Source: Paragordius varius
Lineage: Eukaryota; Animalia; Nematomorpha
DNA: 64,000 nucleotides
Direction of reading: 5' to 3'
Assembly: GCA_964247055.1 (NCBI GenBank)
Contig: OZ176058.1
Coordinates: 3,844,001 to 3,908,000, forward strand
Shown here: positions 15,001 through 30,000 of the stretch, one piece after another
Layout of the letters: every line of letters begins with the position of its first letter
Numbering within the stretch: the stretch's first letter is position 1
Notes under the pieces: generated by a model
What the model saw: only the letters and a program-made list of their open reading frames with translations
Told to the model about the DNA's origin: nothing
The model's database searches: none
Translations under genes and position numbers: made by a program

Positions 15001-18000
15001 GATTGTTGGAAAAATTATTTAATTGTTGAAAATATATGTTTAATTGTTGGCAAAATTATTTGATTGTTGAAAAAATATGTTTGATAGTTTTAAACACTAA
15101 AAAGCTATTGGGCATCATATTTTGATTGTTGGAAAAATTATTTGATTTTTAAAATACATGTTTGATTGTTGGGAACACTAAAAACTATTGGGCAACATAT
15201 TTGATTATTGAATTATTTGAGTTGAAAATATATGTTTGATTGTTGGAAAAATTCTAAGATTGTTGAAAATATATGTTTGATTGTTGAAAACACTAAAAAG
15301 TTAAAAGACAACATATTTTGATTGTTGGAAAATTATTTTTTGTTGAAATTATATGTTTGATAGTTGGAAACACTAAAAAGCTATTCGGCAACATTTTTTG
15401 ATTGTTGGAAAAATTATTTGATTGTTGAAAATATATGTTTGATTGTTGGGAACACTAATAACTATTGGGCAACATATTTTGAATCGAAAAATCATTTGAT
15501 TGTTGAAAATATATGTTTGATTGTTGGAAAAATTATTTAATTGTTGAAAATATATGTTTGATTGTTGGAAAAATTATTTGATTGTTGAAAATATATGTTT
15601 AATTGTTGAAAACACTAAAAAGTTAAAAGACAACATATTTTGATTGTTGGAAAAATTATTTTTTGTTGAAAAATGTTTGATTGTTGGAAACACTAAAAAG
15701 AACCTATTTTAATTGTTGGAAAAATTATTTGATTGTTGAAAATATATGTTTGATTGTTGGAAACACTAAAAAGTTAAAAGACAACATATTTTGATTGATC
15801 GAAAAATTATTTGATTGTTGAAAATATATGTTTGATTGTTGGAAACACTAAAAAGCTAAAAAACAACATATTTGGATTGTTGGAAAAATTTTATTGTTGA
15901 AAATAAATGTTTGATATTTGGATTGTTGGAAAAATTTTATTGTTGAAAATAAATGTTTGATAGTTGGAAACACTAAAAAGTAAAAGACAACATATTTTAA
16001 TTGTTGGAAATTATTTGATTGTTGAAAATATATGTTTGATTGTTGGAAACACTAAAAAGCTTTTGGGCAATATATTATGATTGTTGGAAATATTATATGA
16101 TGGTTGGAATATATGTTTGATTGTTGGAAACACTAAAAAGTTAAAAGACAACATAATTTGATTGTAGAAAAAATTATTTGATTGTTGAAAATATATGTTT
16201 GATAGTTGGAAACACTAAAAAGCTATTCGGCAACATATTTTGATTGTTGGAAAAATTATTTGAATGTTGAAAATATATGTTTGATTGTTGGAAAAATTAT
16301 TTGATTGTTGAAAATATATGTTTGATTGGTGGAAAAATTATTTGATTGTTGAAAATATATGTTTGATTGTTGGAAACACTAAAAAGCTATTGGGAACATA
16401 TTTTATTGTTGGAGAAATTATTTGAATGTTGAAAATATATGTTTGATTGTTGGAAAAATTATTTGATTGTTGAAAATATATGTTTGATTGTTGAAAACAC
16501 TAAAAAGTTAAATACCAACATATTTTGATTGTTGGAAAAATTATTTTTTGTTAAAAAAAAATGTTTGATTGTTGGAAAAATTATTTAATTGTTGAGAATA
16601 TATATTTGATTGTTGGAAAAATTATTTAATTGTTGAAAATATATGTTTAATTGTTGGCAAAATTATTTGATTGTTGAAAAAATATGTTTGATAGTTTTAA
16701 ACACTAAAAAGCTATTGGGCATCATATTTTGATTGTTGGAAAAATTATTTGATTTTTAAAATACATGTTTGATTGTTGGGAACACTAAAAACTATTGGGC
16801 AACATATTTGATTATTGAATTATTTGTGTTGAAAATATATGTTTGATTGTTGGAAAAATTCTAAGATTGTTGAAAATATATGTTTGATTGTTGAAAACAC
16901 TAAAAAGTTAAAAGACAACATATTTTGATTGTTGGAAAATTATTTTTTGTTGAAATTATATGTTTGATAGTTGGAAACACTAAAAAGCTATTCGGCAACA
17001 TTTTTTGATTGTTGGAAAAATTATTTGATTGTTGAAAATATATGTTTGATTGTTGGGAACACTAATAACTATTGGGCAACATATTTTGAATCGAAAAATC
17101 ATTTGATTGTTGAAAATATATGTTTGATTGTTGGAAAAATTATTTAATTGTTGAAAATATATGTTTGATTGTTGGAAAAATTATTTGATTGTTGAAAATA
17201 TATGTTTAATTGTTGAAAACACTAAAAAGTTAAAAGACAACATATTTTGATTGTTGGAAAAATTATTTTTTGTTGAAAAATGTTTGATTGTTGGAAACAC
17301 TAAAAAGAACCTATTTTAATTGTTGGAAAAATTATTTGATTGTTGAAAATATATGTTTGATTGTTGGAAACACTAAAAAGTTAAAAGACAGCATATTTTG
17401 ATTGATCGAAAAATTATTTGATTGTTGAAAATATATGTTTGATTGTTGGAAACACTAAAAAGCTAAATAACAACATATTTGGATTGTTGGAAAAATTTTA
17501 TTGTTGAAAATAAATGTTTGATATTTGGATTGTTGGAAAAATTTTATTGTTGAAAATAAATGTTTGATAGTTGGAAACAGTAAAAGTAAAAGACAACATA
17601 TTTTGATTGTTGGAAATTATTTGATTGTTGAAAATATATGTTTGATTGTTGGAAACACTAAAAAGCTATTGGGCAATATATTATGATTGTTGGAAATATT
17701 ATATGATGGTTGGAAATATATGTTTGATTGTTGGAAAAATTATTTGATTGTTGAATATATATGTTTGATTGTTGAAAACACTAAAAAGTTAAAACACAAC
17801 ATATTTTGATTGTTGGAAGAAAATTATTTTTTGTTGAAAAAAATGTTTGATAGTTGGAAACAGTAAAAGTAAAAGACAACATATTTTGATTGTTGGAAAT
17901 TATTTGATTGTTGAAAATATATGTTTGATTGTTGGAAACACTAAAAAGCTATTGGGCAATATATTATGATTGTTGGAAATATTATATGATGGTTGGAAAT

Positions 18001-20932
18001 ATATGTTTGATTGTTGGAAAATTTATTTGATTGTTGAATATATATGTTTGATTGTTGAAAACACTAAAAAGTTAAAACACAACATATTTTGATTGTTGGA
18101 AAAATTATTTTTTGTTGAAAAAAATGTTTGATTGTTGGAAACACTAAAAAGCTATTGGGTAACCTATTTTAATTGTTGGAAAATTATTTGATTGTTGAAA
18201 ATATATGTTTGATTGATGGAAACACTAAAAAGTTAAAAGACAACATTTTTTGATTGATCGAAAAATTATTTGATTGTTGAAAATATATGTTTGATTGTTG
18301 GTAAAATTATTTAATTGTTGAAAATATATATTAGATTGTTGGAAAATTATTTAATTGTTGAAAATATATGTTTGATTGTTGGATAAATTATTTGATTGTT
18401 GAAATTATATGTTTGATAGTTGGAAACAATAAAAAGCTTTTGGGCAACATATTTAAATTGTTGGAAAAATTATTTGATTGTTAGAAATATATGTTTGATT
18501 GTTGGAAATACTAAAAAGCTATTGGGCAACATATTTTGATTGTTGGAAAAATTATTTGATTGTTGAAAATTAAGTTTGGTTGTTAGAAACAATTAAAAGC
18601 TATTGGCCAACATATTATGATTGGAAAATTTATTTGATTGTTTAAAATATATGTTTGATTGTTGGAAACAATAAAAAGCTATTGGGCAACATATTATGAT
18701 TGTTGGAAAAATTATTTGATTTATATTTGATGATTGGAAACAATAAAAAGTTAAAAGATAATATAATTTGATTGTAAAAAATTATTTGATTGTTGAAAAA
18801 ATATGTTTGATTGTTGGAAAGACTAAAGCTATTGGGCAACATAGTTTGATTGTTGGAAAAATTATTTGATTGTTGAAAATATATGTTTGATTGTTGGAAA
18901 CACTAAAATTTAAAAGAAAACATATTTTGATTGTTGGAAAAATTTGATTATTGAAAATATATGTTTATATGTTGGAAACAGTAAAAAGCTATTGGGCATA
19001 TCTTGATTTTTGCAAAAATTATTTGATTGTTGAAAATATATGTTTGATATTTGGAAATGCTAAAAAGTTAAAACAAAACATAATTTGTTTGTTGGAAAAA
19101 TTATTTGATTGTTGAAAATATATGTTTGATTGTTGGAAATAATAAAAAGTAAAAAGATCATATAAATTGATTGTTGGAAAAATTTGATTGTTGAAAATAT
19201 ATGTTTGATTGTTGGAAACAGTAAAAAACTATTGGGCATATCTTGATTTTTGCAAAAATATTTGATTGTTGAAAATATATGTTTGATTGTTGGAAACAAT
19301 AAAAAGTTATTGGGCAACATATTATGATTGTTGGAAAAATTATTTGATTGTTCAAAATATATATTTGATTGTTGGAAATAATAAAAAGTAAAAAGATCAT
19401 ACAAATTGATTGTTGGAAAAATTTTATTGTTGAAAATATATGTTTAATTGTTGGAAACACTAAAAAGCTATTGGTCAACATATTTTGATTGTTGAAAAAA
19501 TTATTTGATTGTTGAAAATTAAGTTTGGTTGTTGGAAACAATTTAAAGCTTTTAGGCAACATATTTTGATTGTTGGAAAAATTATTTGATTGTCGAAAAT
19601 ATATGTTTGATTGTTGGAATCACTAAAAAGCTAATGGGTAATATATTTTGATTGTTGGAAAAATTATTGGATTGTTGAAAATATATTTTTAATTGTTGGA
19701 ATCACTAAAAAGCTATTGGGCAACATATTTTGAGTGTTGGAAAAATTATTTGATTGTCAAAATTATGTTTGTATGTTGGAAATAATTAAAAGCTATTAGG
19801 CAACATATTTTGATTGTTGGAAAAATGGTTTGATTGTTAAAATATATGTTTGATTGTTGGAAACAATAAAAAGTTATTGGGCAACATATTATGATTGTTG
19901 GAAAAATTATTTGATTGTTGAAAATATATGTTTGATTCTTGGGAAATTAAAAAGTTAAAAGATAATATAATTTGATTGTTGGAAAAATTATTTGATTGTT
20001 GAAAATATATGTTTGATTTTTGGGAACACTAAAAAGATTTTGGGCAACATATTTTAATTGTTGAAAAAATTATTTGATTATTGAAAATGAAGTTTAGTTG
20101 TTGGAAACAATTAAAAGCTATTAGGCAACATATTTTGATTGTTGGAAATATTATTTGATTGATATATATTTAATTATTGGAAACACTAAAAAGCTGTTGG
20201 GCAGCATAGTTTGATTGTTGGAAAAATTATTTGATTGAAAATATATGTTTGATTGTTGGAAACACTAAAATTAAAAGAAAACATATTTTGATTGTTGGAA
20301 AAATTATTTGATTGTTGAAAATATATGTTTGGTTGTTGGAAACACTAAAAAGTTAAAAGAAAACATATTTTGATTGTTGGAAAAATTATTTGATTGTTGG
20401 AAATACTAAATGCTATTGGGCAACATGATTGTTGCAAAAATTATTTGATTTTTTGAATATATGTTTGATTGTTGGAAATATTTAAAAGCTATTAGGCAAC
20501 ATATTATTGTTGGAAAAATTATTTGATTGGTGAAAATATATGTTTGATTGTTGGAAACAATAAAAAGCTATTGGGCAATATATTATGATTGTAGGAAAAA
20601 TTATTTGCTTGTTGAAAATATATGTTTGATTGTTGGAAATAATAAAAAGTCAAAATATAATTTGATTTTTGGAAAAATTTGATTGTTGAAAATATATGTT
20701 TGATTGTTGGAAACACTAAAAAGCTATTGGGCAACATATTTTCATTGATAAAAAAATTATTTAATTGTTGAAAATTAAGTTTGGTTGTTCGAAACAATTA
20801 AAAGCTATTAGGCAACATATTTTGATTGTTGGAAAAATTATTTGATAGTTGAAAATATATGTCAGATTGTTAGAAACACTAAAAAGCTATTGGGTAACAT
20901 ATTTTGATAGTTGGAAAAATTATTTGATTGTT
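1..20932 (-). repeat. Satellite array, left arm (~82-bp monomer, reverse orientation)
   Basis: Continuous tandem copies of the reverse complement of the right-arm monomer (TTTGATTGTTG anchors; GGAAACACTAAAAAGCTATTGGGCAACAT or AAAAAGTTAAAAGAAAACAT variants). G-rich and C-poor on +. Truncated by the window start. Confidence 0.98.
12300..18420 (-). repeat. ~1,606-bp higher-order repeat domain rich in 41-bp units
   Basis: Marker GAACCTATTTT at 12,682, 14,094, 15,700 and 17,307 (spacings 1,412, 1,606, 1,607). TACCAACAT at 14,907 and 16,513. Boundaries approximate. Confidence 0.85.
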
Positions 20933-23900
20933 CTCAAACATTTTTTTTCATCAATCAAATAATTTTTTCAACAATCAAATTATGTTTTTAACTATCTAGT
21001 GTTTCCAACAATCAAACATATTTTTTCAAAAATCAAATAATTTTTTCAAGAATCAAATTATGTTGTCTTTTAACTTTTTAGTGTTTCCAACAATCAAACA
21101 TATTATTTCAACAATCACATAATTTTCCAACAAACAAAATATGTTGCCCAATAGCTTTTTAGTGTTTCCAATCAACAATCAAAATAAGTTTTTATTTAAC
21201 TTTTTAGTATTTCCAACAATCAAACATATTTTTTCAACATCAAATAATTTTTTCAAGAATCAAATTATGTTTTCTCTTAACTATTTATTGTTTCCAACAA
21301 TCAAACATATATTTTCAACAATAAATTAATTTTTCTAACAATCAAAATAAATATATTTTCAACAATCAAATAATTTTTGCAACTATCATAATATGTTGCC
21401 CAACAGTGTTTTAGTGTTTCCAACAATCAAACATATATTTTCAACAATCAATAATTTTTCCAACAATCAAAATATGTTTTCTTTTAAATTTTTAGTGTTA
21501 ACAACAATCAAACATATATTTTCAACAATCAAATAATTTTTCCAACAATCATAATATGATTTCTTTTAACTTTTTAGTGCTTCCAACAATAAAACATATA
21601 TTTTCAACAATCAAATAATTTTTCCAACAATCAAAATATGATTTCTTTTAACTTTTTAGTGCTTCCAACAATAAAACATATATTTTCAACAATCAAATAA
21701 TTTTTCCAACAATCAAAATATGATGCCCAATAGCTTTTAAGTGTTTCCAACAATCAAACATATATTTTCAACAATCAAATAATTTTTCCAACAATCATAA
21801 TATGATTTCTTTTAACTTTTTAGTGCTTCCAACAATAAACATATATTTTCAACAATCAAATAATTTTTCCAACAATCAAAATATGATGCCCAATAGCTTT
21901 TAAGTGTTTCCAACAATCAAACATATATTTGCACAATCAAATAATTTTTTCAACAATCAAAATATGTTTTCTTTTAACTTTTTAGTGTTTCCAACAATCA
22001 AACATATATTTTCAACAATCAAATAGTTTCTCCAACAATCAAAATATGTTGCCCAATAGCTTTTTTATGTTTCCAACAAACAAACATATATTTTCAACAA
22101 TCAAATAATTTTTCAAACAATCAAAATATGTTGCCCAACAGCCTTTTAGTGTTTCTAACAATTAAACATATATTTTCAACAATCAAATAATTTTTCCAAC
22201 AATCATAATATGTTGCCCAATAGCTTTTTATTGTTTCCATATTTTCAACAATCAAATAATTTTTCTAACAATCAAAATATGTTGCCCAATAGTTTTTTAG
22301 TGTTTCCAACAATCAAACATATTTTTCAACAATCAAATTTTTTCAAACAATCAAAATATGTTGCCCACAAGCTTTTTAGTGTTTCCAACAATCAAACATA
22401 TATTTTCAACAATCATATAATTTATTCAACAATCAAATTATGATGTCTTTTAACTTTTTACTGTTTCTAACAATCAAACATATTTTTTCAACAATCAAAT
22501 AATTTTTCCAACAATCAAAATAAGTTTTCTTTTAACTTTTTAGTGTTTCCAACAATCAAACATATATTTGACAATCAAATATTTTTTCTAACAATCAAAA
22601 TATGTTGCCCAATAGCTTTTTAGTATTTCCAACAATCAAACATATATTTTCAACAATCTAATAATTTTTCCAACAATCAAATTATGTTGTCTTTTAATTA
22701 ACTTTTTGTGTTTCCAACAATCAAACATATATTTTCAATCAAATAATTTCTCCAACAATCAAAATATGATGCCCAGCTTTTTAGTGCAACAATCAAACAT
22801 ATATTTGCCCAATCAAATAATTTTTTCAACAATCAAAATATGTTGCCCATAAGCTTTTTATTGTTTCCAACAATCAAACATATATTTTCAACAATCAAAT
22901 GATTTTTCAAATCAAAATATGTTGCCCAATAGCTTTTTAGTGTTTCCAACAATTAAACATATATTTTCAACAATCAAAAATTTTTCCAACAATCAAACAT
23001 ATATTTTCAACAATCAAATAATTTTTCCAACAATCAAAATATATTTTCTTTTAACTTTTAGTGTTTCCAACAATCAAACATATATTTATAACAATCAAAT
23101 AATTTCTCCAACAATCAAAATATGTTGCCCAATAGCTAACAATCAAATAATTTTTCAAAATATCAAAATATGTTACCCAACAGCTTTTTAGTGTTACTAA
23201 CAATTAAACATATATTTCCAAAAATCATAATATGTTGCCCAATAGCTTTTTAGTATTTCCAACAATCAAACATATATTTGCACAATCAAATATTTTCCAA
23301 CAATTAAATTATGTTTTTTAACTTTTTAGTGTTTCCAACAATCAAACATATATTTTCAACAATCAAATAATTTTTCCAAAAATCAAAATATGTTGCCCAA
23401 TAGCTTTTTATTGTTTCCAACAATCAAACATATATTTTCAACAATCAAATAATTTTTCAAACAATCAAAATATATTGCCCAATAGTTTTATAGTGTTTCC
23501 AACAATCAAACATATATTTTCAACACTCAAATAATTTTTCCCACAATCAATATATGTTGCCCAATAGTTTTTATTGTTTCCAACAATTATATGTTGTCCA
23601 ATAGCTTTTTAGTGTTTCCAACAATCAAACATATATTTTCAACAATCAAATAATTTTCCCAACAATCAAATTATGTTGCCCAATAGCTTTTTAGTATTTC
23701 CAACAATCAAACATATATTTTTAACAATCAAATAATTTTTCCAACAATCAAATTATGTTATCTTTTAACTTTTTAGTGTTTCCAACAATCAAACATATAT
23801 TTTCAACAATAAAATAATTTTTCCAACAATCAAAATATGATGCCCAATAGCTTTTTAGTGTTTCCAACAATCAAACATATATTTGCACAATCAAATAATT

Positions 23901-24099
23901 TTTACAACAATCAAAATATGTTTTCTTTTAACTTTTTATTGTTTCCAACAATCAAACATATATTTTCAACAATCAAATAATTTTTCAAACAATCAAAATA
24001 TATTGCCCAATAGTTTTATAGTGTTTCCAACAATCAAACATATATTTTCAACAATCAAATAATTTTTCAAAATATCAAAATATGTTGCCCAACAGCTTT

Positions 24100-27000
24100 T
24101 TAGTGTTTCTAACAATTAAACATATATTTGCACAATCAAATAATTTTTCCAACAATCAAAATATGTTGCCTAATAGCTTTTTAGTATTTCCAACAATCAA
24201 ACATATTTTAACATTCAAATAATTTTTCCAACAATCAAATTATGTTGTCTTTTAACTTTTTAGTGTTTGCAACAATCAAACATATATTTTCAACACTCAA
24301 ATAATTTTTCCCACAATCAATATATGTTGCCCAATAGTTTTTATTGTTTCCAACAATCAAACATATATTTTCAACAATCAAATAATTTTTCAAACAATCA
24401 ATATATGTTGCCCAATAGCTTTTTAGTGTTTCCAACAATCAAACATATATTTTCAACAATCAAATAATTTTCCCAACAATCAAATTATGTTGCCCAATAG
24501 CTTTTTAGTATTTCCAACAATCAAACATATATTTTTAACAATCAAATAATTTTTCCAACAATCAAATTATGTTATCTTTTAACTTTTTAGTGTTTCCAAC
24601 AATCAAACATATATTTTCAACAATAAAATAATTTTTCCAACAATCAAAATATGATGCCCAATAGCTTTTTAGTGTTTCCAACAATCAAACATATATTTGC
24701 ACAATCAAATAATTTTTACAACAATCAAAATATGTTTTCTTTTAACTTTTTAGTGTTTCCAACAATCAAACATATATTTTCAACAATCGAATATTTTTTC
24801 CAACAATCAAAATATGTTGCCCAATAGCTTTTTATTGTTTCCAACAATCAAACATATATTTTCAACAATCAAATAATTTTTCAAACAATCAAAATATGTT
24901 GCCCAATAGTTTTATAGTGTTTCCAACAATCAAACATATATTTTCAACAATCAAATAATTTTTCAAAATATCAAAATATGTTGCCCAACAGCTTTTTAGT
25001 GTTTCTAACAATTAAACATATATTTTTAACAATCAAATAATTTTTCAAACAATCAAAATATGTTGCCCAATAGCTTTTTAGTGTTTCCAACAATCAAACA
25101 TATATTTTCAAAAATCAAATAATTTTTCCAACAATCAAAATATGTTGCCCAATAGCTTTTTAGTGTTTCCAACAATCAAACATATATTTTCTACAATCAA
25201 ATAATTTTTCCAACAATCAAAATATGTTGCCTAATAGCTTTTTAGTATTTCCAACAATCAAACATATTTTAACATTCAAATAATTTTTCCAACAATCAAA
25301 TTATGTTGTCTTTTAACTTTTTAGTGTTTCCAACAATCAAACATATATTTTCAACACTCAAATAATTTTTCCCACAATCAATATATGTTGCCCAATAGTT
25401 TTTATTGTTTCCAACAATCAAACATATATTTTCAACAATCAAATAATTTTTCAAACAATCAATATATGTTGCCCAATAGCTTTTTAGTGTTTCCAACAAT
25501 CAAACATATATTTTCAACAATCAAATAATTTTTTCAACAATCAAAATATGTTGCCCAATAGCTTTTTAGTGTTTCCAACAATCAAACATATATTTTCAAC
25601 AATCAAATTATTTTTTCAACAATCAAATTATGTTGTCTAATAGCTTTTTAGTATTTCCAACAATCAAACATATTTTAACATTCAAATAATTTTTCCAACA
25701 ATCAAAATATGATGCCCAATAGCTTTTTAGTGTTTCCAACAATCAAACATATATTTTCAACAATCAAATTATTTTTTCAACAATCAAATTATGTTGTCTT
25801 TTAAATTTTTAGTGTTTCCAACAATCAAACATATATTTGCACAATCGAATATTTTTTCCAACAATCAAAATATGTTGCCCAATAGCTTTTTATTGTTTCC
25901 AACAATCAAACATATATTTTCAACAATCAAATAATTTTTCAAACAATCAAAATATGTTGCCCAATAGCTTTTTAGTGTTTCCAACAATCAAACATATATT
26001 TTCAACAATCAAATAATTTTTCCAACAATCAAAATATGCCCAATATCATTTAGTATTTCCAACAATCAAACATATATTTTCAACAATCAAATAATTTTTC
26101 CAACAATCAAAATATGTTTTCTTTTAACTTTTTAGTGTTTCCAACAATCAAACATATATTTTCAACAATCAAATAATTTTTCCAACAATCAAAATATGAT
26201 GCCCAATAGCTTTTTAGTGTTTCCAACAATCAAACATATATTTTCAACAATCAAATTATTTTTTCAACAATCAAATTATGTTGTCTTTTAAATTTTTAGT
26301 GTTTCCAACAATCAAACATATATTTGCACAATCGAATATTTTTTCCAACAATCAAAATATGTTGCCCAATAGCTTTTTAGTGTTTCCAACAATCAAACAT
26401 ATATTTTCAACAATCAAATAATTTTTCCAACAATCAAAATATGTTGACCAATAGCATTTAGTATTTCCAACAATCAAACATATATTTTCAACAATCAAAT
26501 AATTTTTTCAACAATCAAAATATGTTTTCTTTTAACTTAGTGTTTCCAACAATCAAACATATATTTTCAACAATCAAATAATTTTTCCAACAATCAAAAT
26601 ATGATGCCCAATAGCTTTTTAGTGTTTCCAACAATCAAACATATATTTGCACAATCAAATAATTTTTACAACAATCAAAATATGTTTTCTTTTAACTTTT
26701 TAGTGTTTCCAACAATCAAACATATATTTTCAACAATCAAATAATTTTTCCAACAATCAAAATATGTTGCCCATAGCTTTTTAGTATTTCCAACAATCAA
26801 ACATATATTTTTAACAATCAAATAATTTTTCCAACAATCAAATTATGTTGTCTTTTAACTTTTTAGTGTTTCCAACAATCAAACATATATTTTCAACAAT
26901 CAAATAATTTTTCCAACAATCAAAATATGATGCCCAATAGCTTTTTAGTGTTTCCAACAATCAAACATATATTTGCACAATCAAATAATTTTTACAACAA

Positions 27001-30000
27001 TCAAATTATGTTGTCTTTTAACTTTTTAGTGTTTCCAACAATCAAACATATATTTGCACAATCAAATAATTTTTCCAACAATCAAAATATGTTGCCTAAT
27101 AGCTTTTTAGTATTTCCAACAATCAAACATATTTTAACATTCAAATAATTTTTCCAACAATCAAATTATGTTGTCTTTTAACTTTTTAGTGTTTGCAACA
27201 ATCAAACATATATTTTCAACACTCAAATAATTTTTCCCACAATCAATATATGTTGCCCAATAGTTTTTATTGTTTCCAACAATCAAACATATATTTTCAA
27301 CAATCAAATAATTTTTCAAACAATCAATATATGTTGCCCAATAGCTTTTTAGTGTTTCCAACAATCAAACATATATTTTCAACAATCAAATAATTTTCCC
27401 AACAATCAAATTATGTTGCCCAATAGCTTTTTAGTATTTCCAACAATCAAACATATATTTTTAACAATCAAATAATTTTTCCAACAATCAAATTATGTTA
27501 TCTTTTAACTTTTTAGTGTTTCCAACAATCAAACATATATTTTCAACAATAAAATAATTTTTCCAACAATCAAAATATGATGCCCAATAGCTTTTTAGTG
27601 TTTCCAACAATCAAACATATATTTGCACAATCAAATAATTTTTACAACAATCAAAATATGTTTTCTTTTAACTTTTTAGTGTTTCCAACAATCAAACATA
27701 TATTTTCAACAATCGAATATTTTTTCCAACAATCAAAATATGTTGCCCAATAGCTTTTTATTGTTTCCAACAATCAAACATATATTTTCAACAATCAAAT
27801 AATTTTTCAAACAATCAAAATATGTTGCCCAATAGTTTTATAGTGTTTCCAACAATCAAACATATATTTTCAACAATCAAATAATTTTTCAAAATATCAA
27901 AATATGTTGCCCAACAGCTTTTTAGTGTTTCTAACAATTAAACATATATTTTTAACAATCAAATAATTTTTCAAACAATCAAAATATGTTGCCCAATAGC
28001 TTTTTAGTGTTTCCAACAATCAAACATATATTTTCAAAAATCAAATAATTTTTCCAACAATCAAAATATGATGCCCAATAGCTTTTTAGTGTTTCCAACA
28101 ATCAAACATATATTTGCACAATCAAATAATTTTTACAACAATCAAAATATGTTTTCTTTTAACTTTTTAGTGTTTCCAACAATCAAACATATATTTTCAA
28201 CAATCGAATATTTTTTCCAACAATCAAAATATGTTGCCCAATAGCTTTTTATTGTTTCCAACAATCAAACATATATTTTCAACAATCAAATAATTTTTCA
28301 AACAATCAAAATATGTTGCCCAATAGTTTTATAGTGTTTCCAACAATCAAACATATATTTTCAACAATCAAATAATTTTTCAAAATATCAAAATATGTTG
28401 CCCAACAGCTTTTTAGTGTTTCTAACAATTAAACATATATTTTTAACAATCAAATAATTTTTCAAACAATCAAAATATGTTGCCCAATAGCTTTTTAGTG
28501 TTTCCAACAATCAAACATATATTTTCAAAAATCAAATAATTTTTCCAACAATCAAAATATGTTGCCCAATAGCTTTTTAGTGTTTCCAACAATCAAACAT
28601 ATATTTTCTACAATCAAATAATTTTTCCAACAATCAAAATATGTTGCCTAATAGCTTTTTAGTATTTCCAACAATCAAACATATTTTAACATTCAAATAA
28701 TTTTTCCAACAATCAAATTATGTTGTCTTTTAACTTTTTAGTGTTTCCAACAATCAAACATATATTTTCAACACTCAAATAATTTTTCCCACAATCAATA
28801 TATGTTGCCCAATAGTTTTCATTGTTTCCAACAATCAAACATATATTTTCAACAATCAAATAATTTTTCAAACAATCAATATATGTTGCCCAATAGCTTT
28901 TTAGTGTTTCCAACAATCAAACATATATTTTCAACAATCAAATAATTTTTTCAACAATCAAAATATGTTGCCCAATAGCTTTTTAGTGTTTCCAACAATC
29001 AAACATATATTTTCAACAATCAAATTATTTTTTCAACAATCAAATTATGTTGTCTAATAGCTTTTTAGTATTTCCAACAATCAAACATATTTTAACATTC
29101 AAATAATTTTTCCAACAATCAAAATATGATGCCCAATAGCTTTTTAGTGTTTCCAACAATCAAACATATATTTTCAACAATCAAATTATTTTTTCAACAA
29201 TCAAATTATGTTGTCTTTTAAATTTTTAGTGTTTCCAACAATCAAACATATATTTGCACAATCGAATATTTTTTCCAACAATCAAAATATGTTGCCCAAT
29301 AGCTTTTTATTGTTTCCAACAATCAAACATATATTTTCAACAATCAAATAATTTTTCAAACAATCAAAATATGTTGCCCAATAGCTTTTTAGTGTTTCCA
29401 ACAATCAAACATATATTTTCAACAATCAAATAATTTTTCCAACAATCAAAATATGCCCAATATCATTTAGTATTTCCAACAATCAAACATATATTTTCAA
29501 CAATCAAATAATTTTTCCAACAATCAAAATATGTTTTCTTTTAACTTTTTAGTGTTTCCAACAATCAAACATATATTTTCAACAATCAAATAATTTTTCC
29601 AACAATCAAAATATGATGCCCAATAGCTTTTTAGTGTTTCCAACAATCAAACATATATTTTCAACAATCAAATTATTTTTTCAACAATCAAATTATGTTG
29701 TCTTTTAAATTTTTAGTGTTTCCAACAATCAAACATATATTTGCACAATCGAATATTTTTTCCAACAATCAAAATATGTTGCCCAATAGCTTTTTAGTGT
29801 TTCCAACAATCAAACATATATTTTCAACAATCAAATAATTTTTCCAACAATCAAAATATGTTGACCAATAGCATTTAGTATTTCCAACAATCAAACATAT
29901 ATTTTCAACAATCAAATAATTTTTTCAACAATCAAAATATGTTTTCTTTTAACTTAGTGTTTCCAACAATCAAACATATATTTTCAACAATCAAATAATT

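Noticed and set aside
1-20932. Telomeric repeat, suggested by the G/T-rich strand bias
   Set aside because: No TTAGGG, TTAGG or TTAGGC arrays, no G runs, and the array flips orientation internally.
20000-21900. Fold-back or palindromic assembly artefact at the inversion
   Set aside because: The sequences either side are not reverse complements base for base and carry different private variants. A simple misjoin still needs a read check.
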